A DNA stretch of 64,000 nt from Camelus ferus (lineage: Eukaryota): positions 10,480,001 through 10,544,000 of the forward strand of contig NC_045698.1 of assembly GCF_009834535.1 (NCBI RefSeq), written 5' to 3'. Below are positions 37,064 to 51,085 of the stretch, piece by piece. Every line of letters begins with the position of its first letter. The stretch's first letter is position 1. The notes under the pieces are model-generated. The model did not search any database and had not been told where the DNA came from. It worked only from the letters and a program-made list of their open reading frames with translations. The position numbers and the translations under genes are program-made.

Positions 37064-40000
37064 AAGAGGTCTGTTCAATGCTGTGGTGTATGAAAATCAG
37101 ATTCGGGTTCTCTTGTAAGGGGGATAATCACCTGTGTGTATTACATAGGCAGGTTTTGCCTGTGGTCATTTTGTTTTCTGGGTGAAGAGCTGGAGAGGAA
37201 GGAGCCCCACCACGGGCCTTTGCGTTCCTTTCACAGCCACACAGAGGAGGCGAGCCTAACTGATCTCTACAGCCCCTTCCTGCTTGGAGGTGTCATTTCA
37301 CTGACACTGTTGCAGGTTATCCCCTTGATGTATTACTGTGACCAAGAAAAAATGAACTCTCCCCTTTGTGTTCACTGCGACTGAGACTCACAGAATTGCT
37401 GCTCCAGACTCCTGGCTCCACCTGAGCCTGTCTGGGTACCTGCCTGGCATTTGTATGTTCTCACTCTCCTTGCGTCTCCTTACCCAGTGCAGTGATCTCC
37501 ACATCAATCCAGGACTGGAAGGAAAAACTTTTTCACAAGGATCGGCAGCCTATAACTCTGTGACGTATCAACCCATGATGTTTATCCTTAACTGTGCTGG
37601 CAGATGGGGCAGAGTGGGGCAAGAACGCTTCAAATAAAGGGCAAGACCAAATTGTGAAAAAAGGACATTTAAAATCAATGAAAGTAAAGAAGGCTTTTAA
37701 ATAGTTGCTATATTTTGAGAAAGCTTCAAAACAGAAGATTTTCAGGGAAGAGATATTGGATATTTCTGTTTTGTTTTTAATTCAGTTGTATAATTTAATG
37801 AATGTAACAAACTAATTAGGAGGAATTGCATATAAATTAGTAACACTTTTACATGCCACCAATAAATTGGAAGTGAATTTCCCGTGTGATGCCAACATTT
37901 AATGGCTTTTTCTAACCTTGTAGGTTTCAAATGATGCGAGGAATTATAGCTAAAATGAAAACACATGCCCTTGTTCTTTTCTGATTTTTAGAACAAGTTT
38001 CTCTCTTAAATTTTGGTCACATGTGTCCACACTGAGTTGTATGAATATTGTTAGTATAAGACTGACTTCTTATTGTGTCAAAATATACATACAATTTACC
38101 ATTTTAACTATTTTTAAGTGTTTAGTTCAGCGGCATTACGTACTATCATCACCATCCAGCCTCAGAACTTTTTTTTTTTTTTTTGGTAAGTTTAATTCCC
38201 CCACCTCGTACCAGGATTTCTTACACTTCTCACATGAGCTTTATATCATGACCTTCTAATCTCAGTATTTCCTCCAGGCTTAAACGGTCCTCAGTGTAGG
38301 AGTCCAGTGTCAGGGAGGGTTAGGTGACCAAACTGATCAGGCACATCGGGTTCTGCTGCATCTCGAAAGTAAAGAACTAACTGTGCATGGCTTCTGGTTT
38401 CATGCTAGGAACAAAAAATGTTTTTTTCTAACTTCTAAAACCTCAGACAGAACCAAGAGGTTGGCTGTTAAAAAAAAAATTGAGTATCAGCATAGCATTT
38501 TAAAATTCCATTTTGCTCACCCTTCAGTTTGAAAAGATGGGGTGGAGGTCAAATGAGTAACGCTAGACATTTTCCTGGACAGCATATAACTTAGACCATT
38601 GCTCCTAACCATAGGCCAGCACATTCATAAGGACAAACACAAGAGCCTGAGACTTCCCTGGCCCCATTCCTCATTATCCCTGTCATCCCCAAAAACAAAA
38701 TCTGGGAGATGCCATGGGAACGCCTTTACGTACCTCAAGTGTCGGCCTCTGTCCACTGCTCAGCGTGCGCCCGGACTTCCTGTGGGTGGTGGCTTCTCTG
38801 TTGGACTAACTTCCCAGGAAGGACCCCAGAGTTAGGTGGAGAGAAGCAGCTGGTGCAAACTGACAACAGGTGAAGACCTGGAAAACTGCATGAATGTTCT
38901 GGAACTTTTAGTGTGCGATTCCAAGAAAACACATTTATGACTCTCTTAAATGAAAAACAGAGCAGAGATAAGGTGATACTTGGTGAAAATGATGTTTGTT
39001 ATAAAATATTCGTATCCCTGGAGGTAAATAGGAAAGATAAGTACGTATTTATATCTCTTACCAGAAGCTGCCCTTGGCTATAAATCAAGCATGCTGGGTA
39101 GATTAAAAGAAAAACTCAGCACTGGTATATATATTCCATCTATGTATAATTCATTTATCAGAAAATGGTAAATGGATGTTAATTCTTCCACTAGGTCTAT
39201 ATTTCACAAGGTAATAATAGAGCACTTCAATCTGCTTGTGAGAGCAGTCGGTCACTAGCTGCATTTTCGGCTGTGCCTCCTGTGTGTCTTTTCATGTGCA
39301 AGCACACCGAGAGAGAAGCCACGCACTGTACAGGAAAGGGAGACACCACGAGTCTCTTTTTGGAGCAGGAAGTAAAGTGGCTTTTTCCCTTCGAAAACTG
39401 TGGCAGAGCAATGCTTTTAAAACTGTCCGTGGTGAATCTGTGGTGTAATCCATTTAAAAAACTTCCAATCCTTTACAGACTGGCACTTTTTAAAAATTAA
39501 ATTAAAATGTTGCACCAAGATCAAGTTGCCATAAAAGTTTCTAAACACTCGCTCTCCATTTCTGTACATATTCTTGCAGACTGGCAAGAGTTGGTTGGCA
39601 CTGGTCTGGAGAGCACACTTCTGTAGCACTGAAGTAGGAGTTTCAGGGGTGAATCAATAGGTTCTGATGTTATTTACCTGTGGGTTTGGGATTTTGCCCA
39701 GAGTGGGAGGGCAGTGCTAGGATTTTTTCATTTTTGTTTTTGTTTTGCTATTATTGGCCCAGCCAAGGCCACTGTGTGCGTGCGGTATGCGCCTTGGGGA
39801 GGTGAATAAGGGCTGGAATCTCTCCTCCGAGTGACCACCTCTGCTTGGCAGGGGCCCTTGGATCAGCCTTCGGGCAGCCCCACTTGCATCAGCAGTAGGA
39901 TGCTACTTTTTTGAGAAGGTTTCCATAGGTTCCTACATACTCTTAGCAGAAATCAGCAAGAACCTTATTTTGATTTCAGTTCTTTATGCTTGAAATCATC

Positions 40001-42697
40001 ATCACGTTTATTTCTTTACTGGATTTCAAGCTCCTGTGGGAAGGAGTGTGGGTCTCATATCACTGTGACTAGAACAGTGCCCGTACAAACACCAAGCAAG
40101 TTCTGAATCACAAGCTGAGAAGGAAAGCCAAGCCCCACTGTTAACCTTCTTAAAGAAGCAACGGATCTAATAGTGTGATGATTTCCCCCTCAAGTTTCTT
40201 TTTATTGATCCAGGACTTAAAGAGACCCAGGTTTTTAGATGTAGTTCTGGGAAGAGACGTTAATGACAATAATGATACCCTGACTATGACCCAAGTCCCA
40301 GCGACCACAATAGACAGAATGGCCACAATAGACATAAGAGGTCAAACCAAGTATTGTTAACATTTTATCTCTCCTGAGGTTAACATTAACCAAGGACATT
40401 GAGTTCACCGAGAAACAGGTTCTTAAACAAATATGACTCATAAAAGAATGTTATTTACTGGGGTCACAAACTCCTAAGAAAGAACAGAACGTTAAGGTGC
40501 CCAGGGAATACACGCCATGTTCCACTGCTTGTGGAAGAGGCCTGACTCCAGCCTGGACTCTGCAGAGCCTCCTGGCAGGTCCCTGGTAGGAGGCATGAAG
40601 TCGGGTCGGGCTACAAGGGCATAACAGCCTGAATCCGCAGAGCTGTGGCAGGTACACTTGAATGCATCTCAGATATTCATCAAAAGTCAGAAGCAGAAGG
40701 ACACACGAGGTGCACAGCTGCAATCAGGAGAAATGAAGGCCTGGACGCTTATCACCAACACAGAGGAAGTACCTTCTGGTGGCAAACGTGGTAAGAGGGA
40801 GTTCTTAAACAACAGGGGGCATGGAATGGTCTCTTCCCCACCAGACACATCCATCTCACCTTGGCTCCTGAGGTCTTCACGCACCTGAAAGACACACACA
40901 GGCCTCGTCCGTGGTGGGCTGAAGAGGTGGTGCAGGCTCAGTGTCTGCAGCAAGGGAGAGGTTTGAGCAAATCCATGAATTCCAGTCCTGTGTGGGTTTC
41001 AGTGAGAATGACAAGTGCCTATGAGCTGAAGTTGCTGTTTTATGATTAATATGAAATACTGCCTGAGCCTAAGTCAGCCTTGCCAGAAATATGCAAGAAA
41101 TATGAGTTTCTAAGATACTTTGGGTTCTGTTCAAGCAGTTTAGGTTGTGAGGACAGATAACTACTTAACTCAGTTTGATAAGGAGACTCCCACAGAACAG
41201 GCAGGAAGTACAGCCAGTCCTCCTGGAAGGGGCCTGGGACCCAGAGACACAAGAGTGAAAGCTTCCAGCTGTGTTTCTCACGATCCACGGAGAGGTGGTC
41301 TCACTGTTCAAGATCTCTCTGCCTCTCTCTATACAAGTTCTCTCCCTGTCTCTCTCTCCCTCCCCCTTCCTCTCTTTGTCTCCCACTACCTCTCTCCCCC
41401 ACTCTCCATCCTCTGGGCACAAGACGCTGCTCCTACCATTGAAGGAAACTGCATCTTCAAATTTCTGAGAAGCAAAATCTGACTGGTTCAGCCAGCCTAT
41501 GGAACCTTGAACCATGCACACAACTCTATCTAGTCATCTGTGGCCAGGGCTTGGGGCCCGAGTGCCTGCAGCACAAATTCAAAGTTTCTAGGAAGCAGGT
41601 GCAATCAGGGCATGCTTCAAAAACCATATCTAATGCACGTGGAGATTTCACAGCTCAGGCGTACACATGCGTGACCTTCAGCGATGGAATAAGAATCTTC
41701 ATGGTTCAGGGCACCACATTATTAAGGTTGGTAATAATCCAGTTAGCATCCTCATGGATAGAAACATTAACAATGGAGAGGAGCAAAGACAACGCAGGTG
41801 GCACCGAAGTGTTAAGGTACCAGTCACACAAGGTTTCCCCCAGGAAGCAGTTTTCTCAGTGGCCCGAGGGGAAGATAGAAAAAAAAAAAGCTACAGGTTC
41901 AGAGTAATTCCCTTCATGTGCAGGTTTGTTGCTGTTGATCTGTTTAAATAGCTGAAAAGACACATGTGCTGTTTTTAACATGCAGACCCAAGTCCTGTGA
42001 GCTTTCCCGCAGCATTTTGATGGAACATGGATTACAGTTCTTTGTCCTCTAAACCTCACCTCCGTGCGTTCCAGCCCCTTTCAGCCTGGAGCTGGCTAGC
42101 TCTGTGAAGCGTTCTGGCTCCAGGACTTGAACTTCATGTTGCAAAGGGTGTATTTGGCATTGTCTGCTTCTTCCAGGTTTTATGACGACTTCCTTCATTT
42201 GTTAGTCTCTTTGTGCCATGGGTAGTAAATTTTTACTGGCAGTGGAAATTGGCTCCTATACTCTTAAGCATAAGCATGAAGGTCAAATCTGATTGTCTGG
42301 AACCTCGTGCACAGAATTCCCAACAGCTGTATCACAGGGCAGTTTTATGTTTACTGTAAGGAGACCTTGTTGTCCCTATGTCTATTACGACCTCTACAGG
42401 ATATCATGTTTGTTAAGATACATCCTGGGGCTGGAGAACGGAGCAAAAAACACAAACCTTTAAAACGGTCAGATTACATCTGTGGCTTTCTAAACATTAA
42501 GGAAATAAAAACAATGGGAAATCTTCAGAGAACCATGAGATAGATATCAGAAGAGATAGTTTGGTATTGTAAGTGAATATCCACTAAATCTATTTCTGGG
42601 CCAACCTGTTTTGGGGACATTAAACTTACCTACATTTCAAAGGTGAACAATGCAACTAAATGGAGACAAGGTAAGTTTGGGCTTAAAAAAAAAATAG

Positions 42698-42814
<117 letters not shown>

Positions 42815-43639
42815 TAAGAACCTCAGACACCAAGTTGAATATCCAGGTGGGAAGAAGCAAGTACATTATAAAACAGATACTGTTGGTGCTATCCCCACAG
42901 TTACTCCAGCTCAGGAAAAAGAAGTAAACACAGTGAAATGATTTCAAATGGTTCCCAGCCATCTCCCTTGCTTTACTCTTAAACCACCCCCAGATAATGA
43001 AATTTTCAAAGTCAGTTATTGTGTTGAACGAGGGGTAGTGATGAAAAATTGTAACCAAAGGAATTTTCAAATGGATGAAACAAAATAGGCTTTTTCAAAT
43101 GTGAACTGGAAAGGAATTGCTCCACACAGAACAATTTAATGACTTTTGTAAGGTTCAGGAATGTAAGCAAAGACACACAACGCGGGACAATGGCTTCAAA
43201 ATTGTAGCAGTGCCTCAGAGTTCCTGTTTGTAGGCTGACAGTCCTAAGGAGACCCATAGTTAGATGAATGCAATCTTCAGTGTCACCGTATCCCAATAGG
43301 AACCAGGAAGTTCAGTATCATCTCTGCAGCAGGTCAAAAAGCTGTCAAGTCTTTATATACATACAGAATCAAGTACCACACTGAATTATGCACCTTGTGA
43401 ATAATGTTCAACTATCTGACAGCCACTTTTCTTTACAAGAGCACTCTTAACTGTTTCTTAGCATCCAGCCATATGTTCGGTCCCTCTGTGCAACTGCAGC
43501 CAACCTCAATTCCATTCTCCCTCACAACAACTCTTTGGTCTCAAGCTTTATCATGTGGAGAGAGAATCTTATGAATCTCTTGACAAAGGTCAAGCCATGG
43601 ATCTTCCACATTATGCCTTCAAGAGACCTAGCTTCCAAA

Positions 43640-45235
43640 ATGACTATTCAAGAGACCCAGAAGGTGTTACCTTAGTAGTAGGGCTAAGGTAGCCCAGAAC
43701 AGAGGCTACACCAGACCTGTCCTTAAAGCTAAAAGCAGCCATGAAAGGATCAAACCAATCTGATCTTCCAGGAATTTAACTGCCTTCCAACACTAACAAT
43801 TTTTTGAAGGAGGATAGCAAAGTTTAGACACTTAGTGACCTAGCAACTCAGTGTTCAGCATCCAATAAAAAATTACTAGACATACCAAGAATCAGGACAA
43901 TATGACCCAAAACCAGAAGAAAAAGATCAATAGAAAAAGACCCACCAAGGGCAGAGATGATAGAACAAGTATACGAAGACTTTGAAATAGCTCTTACAAA
44001 CATGCTCAGTCTGTTTAAGAATCTTTAAATGATGTGAATATAATCAGGGAAGACAGTGAAGACATAAAAAGGAACCAAATGGGAAGTCTAGAGATGAAAA
44101 TTAAGATACCTGAAGTGAAAAAATATACTGGATGGGACTAAGCTGTAGCTTAGACATGGAAAAAGAAAAGTGAACTTGAAGATGTAATAATACAAACTAT
44201 TCAATCTGAAGCATAGAAAAGATAAATTAGGCCTCAATGACCTGGGGATGATATCAAGGTATTCATTACAGGATTAACTGGAGTCCCAGGAAAGTGTGTG
44301 TTGCAGGAGGGGAGGAGACAGAAGCAGAATAATATTTGAAGAAACAATGGCTGAAAAAAAATCCAAATTTAATAAAAACTATGAAACCACAGATCTAAGA
44401 ATCTTAACGAACTCCAAGCAGGATAAACACACAGAATCACACCAAAGCACATCATAATGAAATTGCTGAAAAACTGTGATAAAGAGAAAAATCTTAGGAC
44501 CAGCCAGAGAAAAAAGGCACATGGTGTACAGAGGAACAAATAAAAGAATAAGTGATTTCTTTTCAGAAATAACACAAGTCAGGAGACATCTTTAAATTGC
44601 AGAATGAAAAAAATATTGTCAACATAAAATTCTATATACAGCAAAAATCTCCTTTAAAAATTTCACCTGAACGTAAAATAGACTTATTAAGACAAAAGCT
44701 GAGCGACTTTGCCATTTAACATCACCATAAGTAATGTTCGAGGAAAATTTTTAGAGAGAGGAAAAATAAAACCAGAGGGAAACTTGGGTCTACACAAAGG
44801 AATGAAGAGTACATATGTGGGTAAACATGAAAGTATTTTTTCATTTTAAAATTTCTTCTAAGAGTAATTAACTACATAAAGCAAAAACAATGAATATGTT
44901 GAGTTCCTAATTTATGCAGAAATAAAATGACAACAATAGAACAAAGGATGGAAGGGGAAAATGGAAGTTTACTGTTGTAAAGTTATACATAACTTTCAAA
45001 TGTTATTCTTTAAAGTAGACGTGGAAGTTGAGGATATATTATAAACATTAGCACAACCACTAAAAATGAAGATGAGGAGGTATAGCTAAGAAACCAATAG
45101 CAGGGAATAAGGGGGAGAGTGAACAGAAAACAGATGGGATAAACAGAGAACAAACATCAAGATGGCAGATTTAATCCCAACCATTACATGTAAATGGTTA
45201 TAAACCCTCCAAATAAAAAGAATAAATTAGATCCA
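43640..45235 (+). mobile_element. Decayed L1M ORF1 region running into the start of ORF2
   Basis: A-rich ORF1-like sequence (GGAGTCCCAGGA, ATATTTGAAGAAACAATGGCTGAAAA, CACATCATAATGAAATTGCTGAAAA); ends at AAGATGGCAGATTTAATCCCAACC...GTAAATGG, the ORF2 endonuclease start. Confidence 0.8.
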
Positions 45236-48200
45236 GCTGACTGGAGGGAATTCATGACGTATTGTGAAGTGAAAAAAGCAACACGCAGAATTTGTTGCTC
45301 TTAGCATTTGTTTATCTATGGGTAGTAGGAGGGAGAGGTGAGGGAAAAATGAAAGGAGACTGGCAAAATGGAAACATATGCATGATAAAATAACAAAAGG
45401 TGTTAAATATAATCCTTGACAACACTGATAATAAAATTGAGTTCTGAACATAGACTAGGACTAGCAGATGACATGAACACGTGAAAACACTGAATTGACT
45501 TAAGATGGGATTGTGGTTAATTTTATTCTTAGAGTCTGAAACTTCAGTGCAGTTTTTACTAAAAAAAATTAAAGTTAAAAAATAAACATCTGGGGTTTGA
45601 AGATACAAAAACTCATGACCCAACTTCCTTTTAATAGTGTTTTATAGTGGTTCTTTGACTCTCTAGTTTTCTGGACAGAAAGCAAAGACCTTTTGTGCAA
45701 TAATTCCCCCAAGATAGTTCCACATTTTATCTGGCATTAGCACACAGCACTGGCTATAGTTAAGTAGTCATTCAACATGGCAAGAGACTCCATCTGAAGT
45801 TAGAAATGAGTCGGTCAGGTTCTTTGGTTGTAAGTAGCAGGAACTGACTCTGACCAACTTAAAAGAAAGAAAAGTATTAGGAAGACCAGAAAATTTGTCC
45901 TGGAATTGAGGCAGCCCCAGCAGGAAAAAAGCAGGAATTCCAGGGATGGTCCATAGCTGCAGCAGTCTGGTTGGGTTGCTTCCACTGAAATGAATGAATT
46001 CCAGTCTTACTTCAAACTTCCATCACTGGCTCAAGTGACAAATTCCCAGGAGAAACCACTGGACTCATCCTGTTCCCAGCCTCTATATACACTGGGGCCT
46101 ACTAGGAGGAGCTCAGGACTCCACAGGGTGTCAGTAGCAGGAGGGCTGCTTCCCTCAGGCACAGTTCCACCAACATCACATGCACATAGAGAGGAAAGAC
46201 TACTCCCCCAAAAGAATTCAGGGTGTTCTAAGATTCTTGGGACACTGGGTGGCAAAAACACCTTTCTTGGCACTGGAGAATGGAACAGAAGTCATGGAGA
46301 AATGTGCACAGGGTTGAGCGTCACACCCAGAATATAGAATCTACCTGCAACACATGATCTGGCTGCATTCCTGAGTCTGCGGTCCAAACTAAGAAGGGCA
46401 GGGCTTGCGAATACTTTTGTGCTATAAATCTGTGGGAACTGAATTTGCGGTCTGAAACCCAATATAATAGACATGATATGGCTTGCCTTTAGCCTGAAGG
46501 AAGTTGATAAAATAGTTTATGTTGGAGGCTGATTTCTAAGTATTACATGAATTTTGTCAATATGGATTTCAGTTTCAGTCTCTCATCTCAAGTGCTCCTT
46601 TAAGTATATATTAGTTATTATGGGCTGGCTATTTTTTTTTTTCTGATGGAGCTCTAAAATTGACCAGAAACAAACTACATTAGCACATTTGGGGACAAGA
46701 TGTTCTAAATGTAATAAATGTTGCTGAGTGATATGAAATGATACGGCCCGTTTAAACCTTGAAGAAGAATATAGGCAGTTGGGTAAGTTGGGGAAATTAT
46801 TAAGGAGAAAGGAAGCAGACTGTTGAAATTCTATGCATCACAAAAGAACAGCTGTATTGCAGATGGGCTTATAGTTGAAGAAAACAATAAATAATCACTG
46901 AAGGAAAAGGTAACGATTAAATGGAAGAGCCATCATGGAATGCAAATGGGAAGTGTTTACTTTTTAAGATATTTGAACTCAAGACCCATCTCCCAACTTC
47001 TCAGAACACTAGGGTCCCCCGTGTGTGCCTGCTCAGAGTGATGCTTTTCTTTCCTCAGGAAGAGAAGTACTATTTACAACTTTTGTGTTAATGAACCTTG
47101 GGGTTCCTACAGAAATATACTATGATCTCTTAAATAAAATTTTTACTTAAGCCAGAGAAAGGAAATAATGGACACTGAGAGATCAAGTAAATGCCTCCCA
47201 CTCTGTTCCCTTTTAAAAATCAATAATTTTTATGTTTTTTTCTTCTTAAGGAAGTAGCATCTGGCTTTATGGAATTTGGAGGAGTTGAGCATCCTGTATG
47301 AATTATGCTGATTTTTAAATATGAATAAGATTGGAAAATGGCAGCTAATGTGGAACCATCTGAATAAGACTGAGACTAATGAAAATCAGTGAAACTGAAC
47401 CATATACTCTTAGTTAGATCTTAGTAGATCATCTCGTCCCCCATCCCTACCACAGTCATACAGATGAAAACATGAGGTCACATGATTTGAGTTTTTCTGT
47501 TCAAACATTTGTGGGAACTTTCTACATAACTTCTTATTTTGAAGTGCTACTTCTTCCACAATTCTTTTATAACAGTGCTACATGAAGTTAGAATTAACAT
47601 CCACCTTACAGGTAAATTCTGTTACAACAGGATTGATCAAAGGAAGTATGTGTAGACGACAGGTATCTGTAGTTATGTGCAGTTCATCTTTGGACTAAAT
47701 TTAGAAATGTGAAGGATTAGATACATAGCTTTTCATCATTTCCTGATATTTAGAAATGGGTCCATTTCCAGGCCAGATCCAGAGTTATGTCTTAGAAATT
47801 TGTGCCCATCTGAAGCATGCTTAAGAAGATTATTACCATGAAGTCTCTTAACAGAATTAACCTTAAGCCTGAGTATGACCTGGATATTAGTCTGGGCTTC
47901 TAGTGTCATGAATGTTACGTACTCCCAGAATAAAATAAATTGCTTAATAATGCAATGAGATGACTTGTTCAAGAATTCAGCAATAAAAATACCTTTCATG
48001 AATATGTCGTATGACTTATTTCACAAATATTGTCTTAGTTTATCATGCAATGTGTAATTATTCAAAAGTTTTGAATAAGAAAATGAAGCTAATAGAGGCA
48101 AGTTACTTGTCTCAGATCTCATGCCAAGTGAGTGCCTGGCACATAACACTCAATCAGTATATTTTGCTAAGTGGGTTAATGAGGTATTATAGTAGATCCT

Positions 48201-48534
48201 TTGTCTCCTAGTCAACTGCTCACAAAATGTACAAACAAAGGCAAGCATTGATGCCATAACATGTGGCATTGTTGAAAAGAACAAAAGCATAATAGAAATG
48301 TCACTTTTAGAAAACTTTTGCAGGACTTCAACAGCCTTTTGTAAGTTACCTTTGAAAAGATGGCATGCAGGGGAGAGCTGTCCCTGGTGCTGAACCTGCC
48401 ATGAGGCAAATCGGTCAGATGGCTTTCACTGATTTTTGTACATATTTTCTTCTGTGCTTCGATTACTAATGACAATACTATTGATAAAAGTTATATTTAT
48501 AAATAATTTTCCTTTTAAAACATTTTAAATACTA

Positions 48535-49360
48535 TTTTTTTAAATTATAGCTTTGCTGAGTTGTTGTTACATACCATGAAATTTACCTTTTTAGTGTAAA
48601 ATTCAGTACATTTTAGTACCAGTCACAAAAGTCACAAGTTGTGGAATTAGCACTGTCTAATTTTAGAATATTTTTATTACCGTATAAAACCCCATCTCCT
48701 CAGCCTCTGAAAACCTGTGTCTATAGACTTGCATATTCTGGACTTTCATACACATGGAATCATGCAATATGTGGCCTTTTGTGACTGACTTCTTGCACAC
48801 AGCATGTTTCTGAGGACCATCCACATAGTATGTATCGATACTTCATTACTTTTTAATGAAAAACAATAATCTATTGTATGAATATAAATTTTATTCATCT
48901 AGAATAAATCCATTTTATTCATCTATTCATCAGTTGATGAACATTTAAATTGCTTCTCCTTTTTGGCTATGCTACTTTGAACATCTATATACAAGTTGTT
49001 TTTTTTTTTTAAGATTCTTCCGCATCCATGTCAACATTTGTTATTGTCTATATTTTAATTTTAGTCATCCTAGTGGGTGTGAAATTGTATCTCACTGTGG
49101 TTGACTTGCACTTGCATTTCCATAATGACTAATGGCACTGAACATCTTTTCATGTACTTGTTGGCCATTTTTATCTTCTTTGGAGAAATGTCTACTCAAA
49201 TCTTTTGCACATTTTTAAAAAATGGGTTTTTTTTTTCAGTGTTGAGGTAAAATAGTTTTTTTTAAAATATATATTCTGGATATAGATCCTTTATCAAACA
49301 TATCATTTACAAATATTTCCTCTCACACTGTGGGTTGACTCTTCACTTTCTTGATGGTCT
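48535..49360 (-). mobile_element. Old L1M 3' region
   Basis: ATTCTGGACTTTCATACACATGGAATCATGCAATATGTGGCCTTTTGTGACTG...GAACATCTTTTCATGTACTTGTTGGCCATT. Confidence 0.85.
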
Positions 49361-49454
49361 AGATGACTGTTTTCAGCACAGTGATCCTTCTGATTCTTCC
49401 CAATCCCTCCCTCAGCAACTCTCCAAAGGTTTGTTAATAAAATGTAATAAGAAG

Positions 49455-51085
49455 TCTAAGACTTAAACATAAGACATAACACCATAAAACTCCTAGAAGA
49501 GAACTTAGGCAAAACATTCTCTGACATAAATCATAAGCAGTGTTTTCTTAGGTCAGTCTCCCAAGACAATAGAAATAAAAGCAAAAATAAACAAATCGGA
49601 CCTATTCAGACTTATAAGCTTTTGCACAGGAAATCATAAACTAAATGGAAAAACAACCTATGGACTGGGAGAAAATATCTGCAAAGGATGTGACTGATAA
49701 GGGCTTAATTTCAAAAACACACAAACAGCTCATACAACTCAATAACAAACAAACCAAAGGTCAAAAAATGGACAGAAGACCTAAATAGATATTTCTCCAA
49801 AGAATACATCCAGATGGCCAACAGGCACATGAAAAGGTGCTCAACATTGCTAATTATTAGGGAAATGCAAATAAAAAGTACAATGAGATATCACCTCATA
49901 CCTGGCAGAATGGCCAACAACAGAAAGTCTACAAATAATAAATGCAGAGTGTGTGGGAAAGTAAATTGGTGTAACCACTATGGAAAATAGTATGGAAATT
50001 CCTCAAAAAAATTAAAAATAGAACTACCATATGATCCAGCAATTCTACTCCTGGGTATTTATCCAAGGAAAGTAAAAACACTAATTAGAAAAGATATATG
50101 CAACCCTATGTTCATAGCAGCATAATTTATAATAGCCAAGATATGGAAGCAACCTAAGTGCCCATCAATAGAAGAATGGATAAAGAAGATGTGAGATACA
50201 CACACACACACACAATGGACTATTACTCAACCATAAAAGAATGAAATCTTGCCATTTGTGACAATACGGATGGACCTAGAGGGCATTATGCTAAATGAAA
50301 TAAGTCAGATAAAGGCAAATTATGATACCACTTATATGTGGAATCTAAAAAACAAAACAAATGAATAAACAGAACATAACAGAAGAAAACAAAATACAAA
50401 CAGAAAATAAACAAGTGGTTGCCAAAGGGGAGTAATGTCGGGAGGAGGTATGACATAGGTAAGGGAGATTTAGATACAAACTTCTAGTTGCAAAATAAAT
50501 GAGTCACAGGTATAAAACGTACAGTGTGGAAAACAGTAAGTAATTATGTAATCTCTTTGTATGGTGACCGGTGGTAGCTAGACTTATCATCTTGATCATT
50601 TTGAAACGTATGGAAATACCGAATCACTACGTTGTATATCAGGAATTAACAGTGTTGTGGGCCAACTGTACTTCAAAAGCAAACAAACTCATGGAAGAAC
50701 AGATCAGATTTGTTGATACCAGGGGCAGGGGTGGGAATGGGATACTGGATGAAGGCAGTCAAAAGGTACAAACTTCCAGTTATAAGATAAATAAGTACTA
50801 GGCATGTAATGCACAACATGATAAATATAATTAACACTGCTTATGTTATACATGAAAGTTAAGAGAGTAAATCCCAAGAGTTCTAATCTGGAGGGAAAAA
50901 TGTTTTTTTTCCTAATTCTTTAATTTAGCATCAATATGAGATAATGGATGTTTACTAAACTTACTGTGATAATCATTTCATGATGTAAGTCAAATTATTA
51001 TGCTGTACACTGTGAACTTACACAGTGCTGTGTGTCAGTTATATCACAATAAAATTGGAAGAAAAAATAAAACAAAAATTTTAAA
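49455..51085 (+). mobile_element. L1 ORF2 3' part plus long, possibly composite 3'UTR (L1MA9/L1_Art-like)
   Basis: AAAACTCCTAGAAGAGAACTTAGGCAAAACATTCTCTGACATAAATC...AAGATATGGAAGCAACCTAAGTGCCCATC...TATCACAATAAAATTGG plus A tail. Confidence 0.88.

Noticed and set aside
47251..47400. Claim of a third OTULIN-family paralog from LYE..FL / NHLN motifs
   Set aside because: Motif spacing is incompatible with the OTULINL exon 7 architecture; kept only as an unassigned fossil-exon candidate.
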